From positions 36,768,001 through 36,832,000 of the forward strand of contig NC_045697.1 of the NCBI RefSeq assembly GCF_009834535.1: DNA of 64,000 nucleotides, in the 5' to 3' direction. Position 1 is the stretch's first letter, and every line of letters starts with the position of its first letter. This DNA is from Camelus ferus. Its lineage: Eukaryota. Positions 25,742-38,799 of the stretch are shown here, in pieces. The position numbers and the translations under genes are program-made. The notes beneath the pieces are model-generated. The model worked only from the letters and a program-made list of their open reading frames with translations. It made no database searches and was not told where the DNA came from.

Positions 25742-26199
25742 CAGTACTGGCAAGGGTGACTCTTAATCTAGGGTTTTCTGGAACATCATGGTGTACAGTA
25801 GGGCCAAGCACTCTAAAAGAGGGAGAACACAAAGTGATCTCCTTTGTTACTCTGTGCCCAGAAGATGGTCCTGACACAGCAGGCGACACAAACCCCCCAC
25901 CCCTGTCCACCCCAATGCGAGGCGGGGGGGGTTTGATTCACCGTGGCCACGGAAATTAGACCACCCCTGAGAAGAACTCAGGCAGGTTGTGTGGGGTCAA
26001 AGAGCCTCATCAGATTCAGACATCCAGGCCTCACGCTCCTTGACATGGTGGTAGTCAGGAAAACCTGAAAATCTGCTTTTGCCTAAAGTGCATCTGACGT
26101 TAAGCAAGTAAACACCATAAAGCTGAACCTCTGACCCGACAAGGCACCCTAATGTGGCATTTCCTTAGACCTGGACTGGTCCATCAAAGACACAACCTA

Positions 26200-26410
26200 A
26201 CAGGTCAAAAACATGGACTCTGGAGCCTGCCCGGATCTGGACTCTGCTCTGCCACTTAGTAGGTGGGAAACCTTGGGCAGGTTACTTAACCTGTCTGGTT
26301 ATTTTTCTGTAAAAGGGAGATGCAAATTGTACCTACCCCATAGGGATATTAGGAGGACCCATATTTGCAAAGTGCTTAAACATGCCCCGTCACTGATACA
26401 TCAGTGGGTG
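26200..26410 (+). mobile_element. MIR SINE
   Basis: 'ctctgccacttagtagg...accttgggcaggttacttaacct'. Confidence 0.8.
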
Positions 26411-26659
26411 CCGAACAAAGTGAAGAGATTTGCAGAAACAATTTCACTCCTGGTTTTACCTCTTTTCATCCAAAGATTCGGTTTGATCTAAAAACTGTAG
26501 TAGAAGTTTTCCTGCTGGTCTGAGAGCTTTTATCCTTTACTTGAAAATTAAATTTATTTAGATGGGGACAACTTTGCATTGGAAACAGAGCACTGAACAC
26601 AGATCCTGCACTCATTCATGAAGAATCCAAGGTAAAATACGAATTAATTCAACATTCAA

Positions 26660-26800
26660 CTGTAAGGACTTTAGAGAGTTTCTTAACTTTTCTGAACTCA
26701 ATTTATTCATTAGCAAATTGGGAATAACATGAACCTCTCAGGGTTGTTATGAAATTCATAAAAGTTATTGTGGAAAGTACTTGGCACATCGTCTGGTGGG
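26660..26800 (+). mobile_element. MIR fragment
   Basis: 'tttcttaacttttctgaactcaatttattcatt...cagggttgttatga'. Confidence 0.6.
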
Positions 26801-28124
26801 GGAAAAATAACATTCTCTTCCTGAAAAGATCCAGGCTTTATCTTTTTGCTTTAGCCTCCCTGCGTTTAACTGGTTCTCTGACAATTTTTGAAAGTCTGGT
26901 CAAAGATTCACAGTAGATTTAGGGGTGGTCTTCAAAGTAGTTGAAACTTCCTATTCTTCGGGTGTTGTTACTGTTAATATTTTTCTTAAATTATGGGTTT
27001 ATCTGTTCATTTCATCTGAATCTCCCTTACCAATGATACTGGTAAGATCTGAAGAGGTGATGAAGAAAGATATGGACTGGTAAGAATATTTCGAGAAAGT
27101 CCATTTCAGGATACACTCCCAACCTCTTTAAGATCTTTCAACAAATGTTTCCAAGGAATTCTCTCATATTTTTGTTGTTTTCAAAACTTCATGTCCTGAA
27201 GCAGATGTCACCCAGAGCTGCTTGTTCTTTTCAACAGGATTTTTTTTTTTTGAAAGGTGAGCTTTTTAAGAGATGGTTTTCTGCATCTTATTTTCAATTA
27301 AAAATTAAGATGTGCCAAAACTCCCCAGGATTTTTAGCTGCTCGACATTTGTCTCACATATGTTTTCTTAACAAGGATTTCACCCCTCCCCTCAATGTCA
27401 AGTTTAACACCCCAAATCCTCCTTTAAAATCTATTTAAAATATTGAGCAAGTTCCTCTCCGGGAGGTTTGCTGACGCAGGGGTGCCTGTGTTTGTTTTTA
27501 CAAAGGAATGGCCAGTCCCCCGATCCTGTTACTTCACTCTCTGAACGCTTCCCTGGAGAATTTAGCAAACCGACCAACCGTCTCTCCTGGAGAGAGGAAG
27601 CCAATAGCCGTTAGTGTGTCTGCCACGTTGTGCCTCTGTCACAGACACACGTGCAAATCACCAGCTCTCAGGGCCCCCGGGAATCCACCCCAAAAGCATT
27701 CTCAGCCACAGAGACACAAAGTCCTCTCCCAAACAGCTTACGATCAGCCTGTGCTTCACCACACTCCATGAAAAAATAAAAAGATTTCCTGTGGTCAGGC
27801 AGGCTAGGAGAATCTTAGGAAAACAGTTTAGACTATATTGCAAATCATGCTCCTTTCTCAGACTCAGATCAGAGTCAAAATACACATTAGCATATTCAAT
27901 TTCTCAGTAAAGAAATTTAATCTTAACTCATGCTCCTAGAATTGTTTAACTTAGAATCCCATTTTTTCAATATTATCTCATGAAAAACCTAAGAACTTGG
28001 GGTTCCACGAATGATACCCTGGGAAATGCTTTTGGACGCTAAAAAATTACACACATGACTCCAAATGTGAGCTGGTGTCAGGCACATATGCCAGGAAATG
28101 GCTCCGTGATGGCTCACAAATGAG

Positions 28125-28680
28125 TGTGCAGCAATGAAATATGGTGCAGCCTTCAAAAAGAAGGAAATCCTGACACCATGACAACATGCATGAACCTCGA
28201 GGATATTAAGCAGTGAAATAAGCCAGACACACACTGGCACGACTGCACTTGTATGGGGTAGCTGACACAGTCAGACTCATAGAAGCAGAGAGCAGAATGG
28301 TGGTTGCCAGAGGCAAACAGAGGGGAAATGGAGAGTTGCTGTTGAGTGGGCATCAAGTTGCAGTTACATAAGATGAAGAAGTCCTAGAGATTTGCTGTGC
28401 CTAGAGTTCACGATACCATACTGTGCGCTTCAAAATTTAAGAGGGTAGATCTCATGTTAAGTGTTCTTACGACAACAACAAAACAAGCAAGCAAAAAATG
28501 AACAAAAAAACTCAGAGAGGCACAAAGAAACTTTTAGAAGGGATGGATATGTTCAGTATCTTGACTGTGGTGATGGTTTCATGGATGTATGTATATGTCC
28601 AAATTCGTCAGATCATATACATTAAATACATGCGGTTAAATGGGTGTCAATTATACCTCAATAAAGCTGTTTTTTAAAAA
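28125..28680 (+). mobile_element. L1MB-like 3' end
   Basis: 'gccttcaaaaagaaggaaatcctg...gagggtagatctcatgttaagtgttctta...caattatacctcaataaagctg'. Confidence 0.88.
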
Positions 28681-28693
28681 GAGTGCACATATA

Positions 28694-28786
28694 GGGTGGG
28701 GGGATAGCTCAATGATAGAGCATGTGCTTAGCATACACGAGGTCCTGGGTTCAATTCTCAGTACCTCCATTAACAACAACAACAAC
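28694..28786 (+). mobile_element. vic-1-type SINE, short form with (AAC)n tail
   Basis: A box 'tagctcaatgatagagc', B box 'ggttcaattc'; imperfect TSD aaagagtgcac (28678-28688) / aaagaatgcac (28787-28797). Confidence 0.88.
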
Positions 28787-29214
28787 AAAGAATGCACGTT
28801 CAAGTGAGTGTGAGGAGGCGTGTGCACGCTCACACATGTGCCTGTTCATGTGGTCACATTCCGAAATCTTGTGGAGGATTTAGGATTATCCATCCCTGTG
28901 CTGTTTTCACTCCCCATCTCCACCTTGTTAGCACAGATCATTCAGAGTGAGTCAGATATCTGAGCGAGCATCTGGGAGGAAACGGAACAAAACTGGCAGA
29001 TGGCAGAGGCTGGAAGGAAGACAATTTCGCAAACCCGTCCTGAGGACCCGTAAGCCCTGAGGCTCTCCCGCCGAAACTGCCACCCCAGGCTGCCGGCTCG
29101 GTGGATTTGGTTAGGCTTCCTGACTTGGCTTTGCCTCTCTCTTCCTTTTCCCTCTGCAGAAATAGGAATTCTGCAGAAATTGAAGGAAGAATGCAAGCTA
29201 TTTTCAGGCTTGTT

Positions 29215-29760
29215 CAATAGCTCCCATCTCTCTTGAAGTAAAGTCCAGCCTCTTTAAAAACATTCCCGAAGGCTCAGCAAGATCTCTCTTCTGCCTTCAC
29301 TCAGATTTCAACTTTTCCTGCCTCACATGTGAGAATCTAGTCATTTGCCACTTTCTCCCCATTCCCACAATACACTTTCTGAGATTCCCTCTGCTTAAAA
29401 CTCTCTAGCCCATCCCTTCCCTCCCCCAATCTCCCTGACCCCGGCCCTGACCCCAGCCTTATGCCTAGCTGCTCCCGCCACATCTCTTACGTCACAGTCT
29501 AGACATCATTTCTTCCAAGAATCCTTCCCTGACCCTTCCACAAAGCTGGGTTGGCTGACCCTTCTCTGGCCTCCCTCAACAACTATACCACCCATTTCAC
29601 ACTGTTCCTTACACTTCACTATAATTGAGTCTCTTTATTGACCTCTATCCCATTGGACTGTAATCTCCACAGGGGCAGAAACCCTCTGCCTTGCTCACCA
29701 CTGCATCCCCAGGACCTGGCTCAGAACCTCCACTGCAGCAGCCGTTCAATGAATACACAG
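29215..29760 (+). mobile_element. L2 3' region
   Basis: 'catcatttcttccaagaatccttccctgaccc...ggactgtaatctccacaggggcagaaac...ttcaatgaata'. Confidence 0.75.
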
Positions 29761-31019
29761 TGAGCGAAAGGGTCAGCCAATGGATCAGTCTTGGCCTTGT
29801 CGCAAAGTGTAATGGTAAGATTCTATCACGAGACCCCCAAGTCTCAAATTTTCGTGAATCTCTCGGATAAACAGCATGATACAATCCAAGACACTGTCTC
29901 TCTTAAGATATCCACCTCAGACATTTAGAAGGTGCAGGGCAGGGAGTGGGGGGCTCCCTCTCACTGACAAGAATCAAGCACGACCTCCTGCTGGCAGCTC
30001 TTCTTGCTGGAGTCAGCCCTAGGCTATGTGTCCTATAGCAGACTTCCAAATAAATCATCAGGTTCAAAACTGTTTAACTGGGCCTACACTCAGTCTTCCC
30101 AGAAAACCTGCTTCCCGTTTCATGACAAATCATGCCTGCTCTAGGGCTCTGAGAAACCTGCTTTTTTTTTTTTTTTTCTCATTGCATAATAAAAGACAGA
30201 TACACATAGTCCCATACAGGCTCAACAGCCCCCTCTTCTCCACTGTTCCTGTGCAAACTGAAGACTTACCCAGCTGCCAAACTCATATTCTAATAGGATG
30301 ACAAGAAACTATTTCCCTAACGCAATCATGAATCAGTCTGTGTCAGACAGGACTGCTCACCACAACGCCCTTCCTGGTTGGAAAGCAAAACGTGTAAGCT
30401 GGATGGCTTCAGAGAAACAAATTGCTTCTGGCTGCAGAATGAGATGACTGTATAGTTGACCAAGAAAAACATAAAAACACACAAAAACACCCCTGTGAGA
30501 TGAATTACTTAAAATTAGGAGGCCTACATTCTTGGGGCCAGATAGCAAAACTATTTACCCCCTTAAGACATGATGCTACAGTTAGTCAGACATTTCCAGG
30601 ATCTGCGCTCTGTGGAAAAATATGTTGACCCCATTGCAGAAAAATTGCTCTAAGAGGGACATGTTGTAAGCAAACCCATTGTGGAATAAAGCTTGAATAG
30701 TAGTAAGGGGACGCTCCCTCCACAACCCCTGTCACCACTTCAATGACTGGAATTGGGGGAAGAGTTTTAAGGTTGGGGGTCGGGGTCAGGCGGACAGCTC
30801 AGAAACGGAATTGTAAAATGACTCTCCACGCAATGGCTGTAGAGTGATCCACGACCATATGCTTTACCCATTTCGATTCTCTGGGTTGTCCAAATCCAGC
30901 AAGGTCATCTACTTCTTTCTGTATGACCAGCTGCCCAGCTGTCAGAGCTCATTCTTTGCTCTCTGTACCATCAGCGTATAATTGAAATGAAAGAGTGTCA
31001 AAGAATGCAGGCGATGACT

Positions 31020-31419
31020 TGTAGGGAATGCTGGTAGCTACTGAAACAGATAACTCACAAAATACCTTTGACTTCATACAGTGGAAGTTTATAAAGGCCA
31101 GTGGCTGAGGGTGGGGGCATGGGGAGGCTCCTTGCAGTCATTCAGGGACCTAGGCTGATGGAGGCTCTACCTTCAACATATGTCTTCCAAAGTCTCCCCA
31201 GGCACTGACATCCAGTCAGCCTATGGATGAAGACAGAATGTGGAAGATCACGTTTCTATGAGCCAGGAACAGAAGTGGCATAAAGCACTTCTACCCACAG
31301 AACTCAGTCACTTGGCCCCATGTCATTGCAAGGGACACTGGAGAAGGGGTCTGTCTGACTGTGGGCTCAGGAAGCAGAGGAAACAGGTTTTGGTGAACAC
31401 ATACCATATTCAGCCACTA
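31020..31419 (-). mobile_element. MaLR LTR (MLT1I/J-like), 3' LTR of a partial provirus
   Basis: 'gcagtcattcagggacctaggctgatggaggctct...agaactcagtcacttggcccc...gcaaggga'. Confidence 0.75.
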
Positions 31420-31623
31420 TCTAACTACTTTAGTCACCAAATATCTATTTCACTTTTCCTCCCACATCAACAACAGACTTTTTCCTCCCCAAGGGAGGCA
31501 ATCCAAAGTCCCATCCAATCAGTTTAAAGTCCAAGACCTCCAGGGGATATAGACTCCTCCCCACTGTTTATCAATCACATCCAGATGTGGGCCTTGTGAT
31601 CCAATCACCTGTGTACTAAACAT

Positions 31624-31665
<42 letters not shown>

Positions 31666-32670
31666 ACATCATACACGGTCAGGAGTGGAGCTAGAATAAC
31701 CACAATGAAAAGTCCCATCCACAAACAGAAAGCATGGGGAATATTGTGCATTATTATGCCACAGCAATGATGGAATCTTGCTGGACAGGTATTATAAAAA
31801 TCGCTATGGGAAGATAGAAAAAGTTTCTTGATTAGACCCTGATTTTGCTGACTAAGAGGACATTAGACAGAGTCTATTATTCCCCATAACTCATGGATCC
31901 ACTTCTAGATCCATATTCTTCCTTGTCTATCATGACTTCCTTGGCTACCTCTGAAGTGGGCATTGGAAAGTATGCCGTTTCATGGATTTCCCAGCTGTGA
32001 AAGCTTGTTCCTGTAGATTTAAATTAGGGTTCCCAAATGTTATTTTAAATCTCAAACAGGAAAAGGATTTTTTATTCAGTTTCATGGTTTGTTATTTATA
32101 TTTCTTTGGCAACAAAATTTCCTCAAAAAATGTGCTTTTCCATATATTTCTGATCTATCTGCTTCCAGTCAGTTGCAAATTTCAGTTCTTCGATATAATT
32201 CTAAAGCCTGATAAATTTCTTTGCCTTCATGACTCTTAATTTAATGGCAACCAACTTCAGGCCATCCAGCTTGGACAGAAAACACATATACCTAAATTGA
32301 TCGTTGCTATAAATCTGCATCTTAATAAGCTATTGTTGCTCAAAGGGTTTCTCTACCTTATTTCCTACTGTTTAGGGTCTAGACACAGATGGCTTTTTAA
32401 ATCTTTCAATATCCAAATATCAGGACTCCTTAGACCCCTTTTTAGTTATGCTGTCAAATCAGCAAATCCTTTCCTGAACTCATCTCTTTCTTCTAATAAT
32501 TCATCCAGTCACAACCAACACACAATATTAACATTCTATCTTCCAAACTTTTTCTTTAAAGTTAAGAATTGGTAACTACTTGGTCTTCCTGCCACACGAG
32601 CTCAGGCACAGTTTTAACAAATGTGTTCATCACTGCAAGACTTGAAACACTATCTTCTAACCTCTAATAT
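31420..32670 (-). mobile_element. MaLR internal region (MLT1J-int-like)
   Basis: Abuts the LTR; 'gtcaccaaatatc...ccccaagggaggcaatccaaagtcccatcca...tccagatgtgg' matches the recalled MLT1-int end; contains (CT)n(CA)n at 31624-31668. Confidence 0.65.
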
Positions 32671-32699
32671 AAACTGCCTGCCATCTGACTACTAAAACA

Positions 32700-33570
32700 A
32701 TGTCACTTGATTTAATTGCAATATTTAGTCCACTTATATTTAGTGTAGTTAATGATATATTGGGGTTTTTATTTACCATCTTATCATTTATTTTATATGT
32801 AACCCATATTTCTTTTTCTCTCTTTTCCTGCCTTTTTTTATTAATCATATCTTCTGTTACTCTATATTTTTCTTATTCACGTTTTACTAATTGTTTAGTG
32901 CTCACTTGCATGTTTCTTTAACTTACTATGATCTAAATTACTATTTTTACCAATTCCTGTACAATGCTAAAACTTTAGTAAACATAAGTCCATTTATACC
33001 CTTCTCAAATTTGCATTAATGTTGTCCTGCAAATTCTATATATATAGAATTCAGAATACAGAATTCTACACATACAACATGATTAATATTATATATAAAT
33101 ATCATATATAAATATATGATTAATACTAAGTCAATATTCATTTATTTTACCCATATTTGTTTAGCAACATTCTGTTGCTCTTTATTTCTTCCAATTCCTC
33201 TGCAAACATTTTCCTTCTGTCTCAAGAATTCTTTCCAGAATTTCTCTCATTGAGGTTTGCTAGCAGTGAATTCTCTCATCTTTCTTGTCTAAAAATATCT
33301 TTCTCCCTTGATTTTTGAAGAATATTTTCACTGGGTATAGAATTCTGGGTTGATAGTTTTTTTACTCTCAGCACTTTAAAGACATCTTTTCATTGTCTTA
33401 AAGTTGATTATCAGACTAATTTTTGCTCCTTTGAAGGTAATATGTGTTTTTTCCTAGTTTTTTTGATATGTTTCTAATTCTCTGGTGAAATTTTCTCTAC
33501 CTTTTCCTCTATTAAATACAGTAGTCATAGTTATTTTAAAGTTCTTGTTAGCTTAACTCCAGTATAAGAC
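32700..33570 (-). mobile_element. Decayed L1ME-like fragment
   Basis: T-rich; 'ttttgaagaatattttcactgggtatagaattctgggttgatag...ctcagcactttaaag'. Confidence 0.7.
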
Positions 33571-33669
33571 TATTTCTATGAGCAGAAGTCAGTTCACTTC
33601 TCTGAAGCCACCTCTCCTTGGAGTCCTAGAGTTCTTATTGCCTCATCAGCTCTCTGTGGCTTCAAACCT

Positions 33670-33811
33670 ATAAGTGATCTTGATTAAAATGTAGATTCTC
33701 AGGCCATGCTTCCAAAAGATTCTTAAAATGTAGGGCTGGTGGGCAAGGTCAAGCAATCTGATGGATAATTTGATGCAACTAGACTAGGGATCACATGTTG
33801 AGAAATGCTGA
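33670..33811. mobile_element. MER5-family hAT-Charlie remnant
   Basis: 'aaaatgtagattctcaggcc...cacatgttgagaaatgctg'. Confidence 0.55.
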
Positions 33812-35319
33812 CCCAGATCCTTGCCCATTATTCCCTCATAGTACCACCTCTATCTGGGAATTTACTTTGTACCTTCTGCAACTGCTACTGTGAATTGAGA
33901 TGCTGTTCTAGCTGCTAGGGTGCCTTCTAACACCAGCCCCAGGGATCTCCCCAGGAAGGGGTCTGTTACCATGTGCCAGATACTGCTCCATATATCAGAG
34001 CCTTGAACCACTCAACACAGAGCGTGTTATTGCATTCCTTGCTTATCCAGTTGCCATCCCACTACCACTGCAGCCTGAAATCTGAGATGATAATTTATCT
34101 TAGACAATGACCACATTACATAAGCTCATGGTACTCTCCTCCTTTGACTGATGGGTATCAACAAACTCTCCATATGGCTTTTCTCCTCTCACTTGTGGCA
34201 GGAAAAAAAAAAATCTTTAAATGAGGTCCCAGTGGAGTTCACCCATGAACTATCAACTGTTTCTCAGTGTAGGATTTTCTCTGACACGGAACAGAGTTTT
34301 AGTATCAGAGTATTTTTTTCTATTCTTGGAGTTTTATTCTAAGTCTCTCCTATGGGTGCCACTGGGAAATGTAACTCAGCTATCTGCAAAAACTTGAGCC
34401 TCATCAGCAGAAAAAAATTTGAACCCACACTAGACTTCTTGATGAGTGAAAATAACAAAACACCTTTATCTGCCTGTTACTTGCAGCCAAAAGCATTCTA
34501 ACTCACGCAAATTTAAGCACACAGCAGCAACCATGATGGAAAACAACACCATGGAAGCACAGATCCAGAAGTACAAGAGCTCCTTCTAGTTAGAAAATAA
34601 TGTGGGGGTAATAATAAAGAGTTGGTGATCTCTTTAGTGTGGACCTGATTCCAAACGAACCCACCTGTACCTTGCATCTATGTGAGATTTCATGAGTATA
34701 GACAGGATTACTTGTAACACACATCAAATTGTACTAAGCACCATTGCCTCCAGATTCCCATGCTGTAGGTAACAGCCTGGGAAGAAACACAGGAGTTGCA
34801 AACTAAGGAAGGCAAACAGAACGTCTGCTAGAAGTCAAGTGTTTGAGGCCACATGTGTCTCGTTATGGGTCATGACTCATTAGACCAACTGCTGCTCTCC
34901 CTTGCCTCATTTTTTCCACAGGAGAATAGGGAAATAGCAGCCGGAGAGCTGCTGGAGAGTATCTTCACATCCTTTTTTTACGGGCTATTTTTCTTCTCTT
35001 GTATGGATTCATTCTTAGCCAGATGCAGCTCTGGTTAGCTCAATACCAACTGACTCTGAAATGACAAGGCACCTGGTGCTTCCTAAATTCTCACTGCAGA
35101 AGGTGGAACATTTGCAATTACTGGCTTCAAATAATTCTTTAGAACTCCCAAATCCAGGCTGTTTTGGAGTATTAGTGACCTCAGGAGGTCTTTATAAAGT
35201 ATGGTAGAACCCTTTTTCTAAAGTGGTGACTTGAATCATTTAGTTTCAAGCCCAACATGGGACACCCAGAGAAGATTTACTGAGTGGAAGGCCTAAATTC
35301 ATATCTACAATAAGATAAT

Positions 35320-35530
35320 CACTACCATCTGCTAAACTTTTTTTTATATGCCAGGCACTATGCTAAGCTCTTTCCTTGTACTACCTCTTGTAAACATCAC
35401 AATCACCCTCTCAGGATGGTTTGGTGTCTCCATTTTACTGATGAAAACATTCAAAGAAGTTGGATTAAACAGCACACCCAGAACATGCATAAAGTGGACT
35501 AGGAATAAATGAAACAATTCAAGTAGAGTG
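35320..35530 (-). mobile_element. MIR SINE
   Basis: 'tatatgccaggcactatgctaagc...ccattttactgatgaaaac'. Confidence 0.75.
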
Positions 35531-35594
35531 AGAAGTGGCAGTGAATACACAGCACCATTTGGGAGGATCAGTGAAAGAGACCTTGAACCAATTC

Positions 35595-35829
35595 AGGGGG
35601 AAAAACTCTCTCCAGCATCAGTCCCTTTTGTTGGGAGGGAGCCCAGTCCCAGTTTTTTCCAGGTCTCCAGTCTTTCAAGAGAAAGCAGAAATCTCCAAAT
35701 TTTTATGTGAAATTGAAATCTTATTGTTAAATGTTGGCAGCTATTAAAAAGTTTTTCAGCTCTCTGGAGCCAAACAAAATACAGCTGTGGGCTGGATTCA
35801 GCTTGTAGGCTGCCTGTTTGCAAACTCTG
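35595..35829 (+). mobile_element. hAT-Charlie non-autonomous element (MER102-like)
   Basis: 'tttcaagagaaagcagaaatctcc...tttttatgtgaaat...gccaaacaaaatac...gtttgcaaactctg'. Confidence 0.55.
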
Positions 35830-37619
35830 TCCCCTGTCCTGGGCAACTGGGGATCATTGTGGGGGTTCTTTTGTTCTCTTAAAGAAACATGGCTCCTTCA
35901 ACCGGAGGCCAGAGAGCTTTAAATTATCATTAATGGTTCAGTACTGAGGCGGAGCTATTACCCACCCACCCACCCTTCTTTAGAAATACAAATATCCTAT
36001 GACATGACTCCAGGGAACCTCCACACATAATTTGTGAAATCTTTACCCTGTGTGACTTGAGGGGTCTGAGTCGACGTGGGACTGGCCATGGAAAAGGAAG
36101 ATACCAGGAAAAAAAAGGAAAAATAAGTGCCCAAAGAAAGACACCGGGGCACCCTGCTGAGTTCTGCCCACCCCCATCCCTGGCCCCTGTCTGTTTTCAC
36201 CATTCGGATCCCCTGACACCCGGCGCTCAGAGCCTCAGCCCACCATCCTTCATTTCTGATTTCTCTCCTCTGAGGAGATAAGGACGACCCAAGGCCTCTC
36301 GGTGTGTTTTACATCAAAGGCCACTGAAGGGTCCTGACAGGCTGGATGTCAGTGCTGCAAATAAACCATTAATCACTCTGCCATTTCATGGACATACTTT
36401 TCCCAGAGGGCACGAACTTTCTCCAGGTCACTAATATAAACCACATCTTCCCTGAGCCAATGAGGGCGGCAGAGTCGGGGTGGGGGGTGTCAGAGCACAG
36501 AGAGCCGGCTCCGTCATTGACACACCATTATTCTCCTCTTAACCCCACAGGTCACTACTATAGTCCCAGCGGATTGTAAATGGTCAATTAAAAGGGAGAT
36601 GGTTGAAATGAATTAAACAAATGAAGTCACAGCTTCAGGGAATGCGTATACCCCAGGGCAGCTGCTTCCAGCCCTCCAAAACTCTCCACCTCTAGATCAA
36701 GTACCAAGAGACAGGCCATGGGGACACAACAGGACATTTATGATTTTGCCACTGACCCAAAGCAACATGCCTTTGGCAGACCCCCAGAGTCTGAGTTCTA
36801 AGAAGCAGAGGCCAGGGAGTCGGTGTGAAATGCTTTTCCAGAACAGTTTCTCCTCTGCATGATGAAGCCAGATCATCTGACCAACGGTTCTGACTTGGCC
36901 AATGGACCCACCAGAGGCCAAGTCTCTGGTACAGCTGGGTTCATTCACTGAGCTCCTCCTGTGGGCAGGTGTTGTGAAAATACAGGTGAGGTCCCTGCTC
37001 TCCTCACGTTTACATTCTCCTTGGGGCAAGCAGCCAATGAACAGAACTGATCAATTTAGATAGTGCTAAAGTTCTAAAGAACATAAAACAGGAAGGTGCT
37101 GTCAACAGTGATGGCTATTTCAGTCTGAGTGGAAAGAGGGGAAGCTTTCAATCACTCAGCAACTCAACAAGGTAGTAGGCACAGGGTGGAGGGTGGTGGG
37201 GAGTCACCAAAGAAACAGAGGGAGTGATGATTCTGTTTGAAGGACCTGATGGGAAGCTGGAGAGGTGAGATAAGTATGGAAGAGTCCAGAAGAAATTATG
37301 AATATGTAGAACCTACATGCCAACCTGGAAGCCCAAAGGCTGAGGCACAGGACTCAAGGCAGGGATCAGGGCAAGCACAGTGAAGCAGGATGGGTTTCTC
37401 AAGAAGGTGAGTCTCAGCACTGGGAATAAACTGTCCATCTGGGTTGGATCGAGGGAAAAAGCCTTAGGTCCTTAACACTAAGCCACTGAGAACTGGGATC
37501 AGGATTTGGTCTCAGGCTGAGTTCCTGGCTGGCAATTTAGCCAGGCAGAGGAGATAACAAGGTACCAGCGTGACGTCGGGTTTGGAGGGAGGGGCAGAAA
37601 GAGACACAATACTGCACTT

Positions 37620-38065
37620 TAGATAAATTCCGAACCACTTACCCTGGCCTCCAAAGCTGTGCCTGCTTCCCCTCGGGTGTCCTCCCTCCTGCCCTCGCTG
37701 CAGTCATGCCGGCCTTTCGCCCACACTCACTGGGCTCCGCTTGTCCGTGGGGACTTGGCCTCTTTCACATCCTCCCATGTCTGGCTCCTTCTTGTCAACT
37801 GGGTCTGGTCTCAACTGTCTCCTCCTCTACGAGGCTGTTGCTGATCTTCCTCCCCAGTCCTTCCCCGTCCCCTCCACCTGCTATGTTCTCTCCAGAGCAC
37901 TTTGCTCTCTGGCATTTTTTGTTCCTTTGTTTCCTTATCTGTGTCTGCTTCCCTCCTCTAGAAGGTAAGTTCAGTTTGAGCAGGAAGCTGTGTGTGTTGC
38001 TCCCCGCCTCCTCTCATGGCTGAAATGCCCCCGGGTACAGAGCAAAAGCTTACTAGATGCTTGAT
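37620..38065 (+). mobile_element. L2 3' region
   Basis: Pyrimidine-rich L2 body ending 'ctagaaggtaagttcagtttgagcagg'. Confidence 0.6.
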
Positions 38066-38074
38066 GCTCTATAG

Positions 38075-38290
38075 CTAAGGGCCTACTCTGCACCGAGCAT
38101 CTTGCTGGGCTCTTTCCATGACAATATGACATGCCATTTAATCCTCACAACAATGCTATGTGGCAAGTGTTGCCATGCTCATTTCACAGACAAGGAAGCC
38201 GAGACCCAGAAAAGCTAACTGACTTAAATGGCTCAGCAACAGAACCCAAGTCTGTCGAACCATGAAGTCTCCATCCTTTTCTACTTCCCT
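38075..38290 (-). mobile_element. MIR SINE
   Basis: 'atttaatcctcacaacaa...catttcacagacaaggaagccgagacccaga'. Confidence 0.8.
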
Positions 38291-38799
38291 GCTTTCTTTC
38301 TATTGGGGGAACAGGACATGAAATCGGGAACATAAAGGAGCTAAATCAGGTGAAGATTCTCAGGCCACAGTTAGGAACCCAGGAAAGTCAGTCCAATTGT
38401 CAAGTGAAATCAGCAACCCCAGGGGTCAAGATCAGCCCAGGTAAGGATGGCATCCTTGTTCACATTCACCTGCTGGAACAGCACAAGACTGGGGAAGCCA
38501 GGAGGACCCTTTAATACCTTGCTGAGCCAAGAGTCACACAGTCAAGGACACCTCTGAGTATGGGGGCTTGGTGCCACCAGCGCTACTTACTCCCCCAGAG
38601 CGCCAACAAACAGGATAAGCAAAGAGTGGGGGAAGGGCAGGTTCAACACAGAGAGTTTGGACCACACGGGCATGATGCCTTGCCTCAAAGGTAGAGAAAG
38701 AAAATTTCAATCTTACGTGATAAGTAACCTTGTGAAACCAGCCTGACTTGGGCTGGCCTAAACCCAAATATCCAAAAGAGCATTAGTAAATAAGCCTCA

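Noticed and set aside
28694..28770. tRNA gene (A and B boxes present); likewise at 11280-11352 and 62513-62590
   Set aside because: These are tRNA-derived SINE heads with tails and TSDs, and no intact cloverleaf or acceptor stem is evident.
33850..34380. Possible decayed gag-like or retroviral internal sequence
   Set aside because: No convincing motif in the translations I tried.
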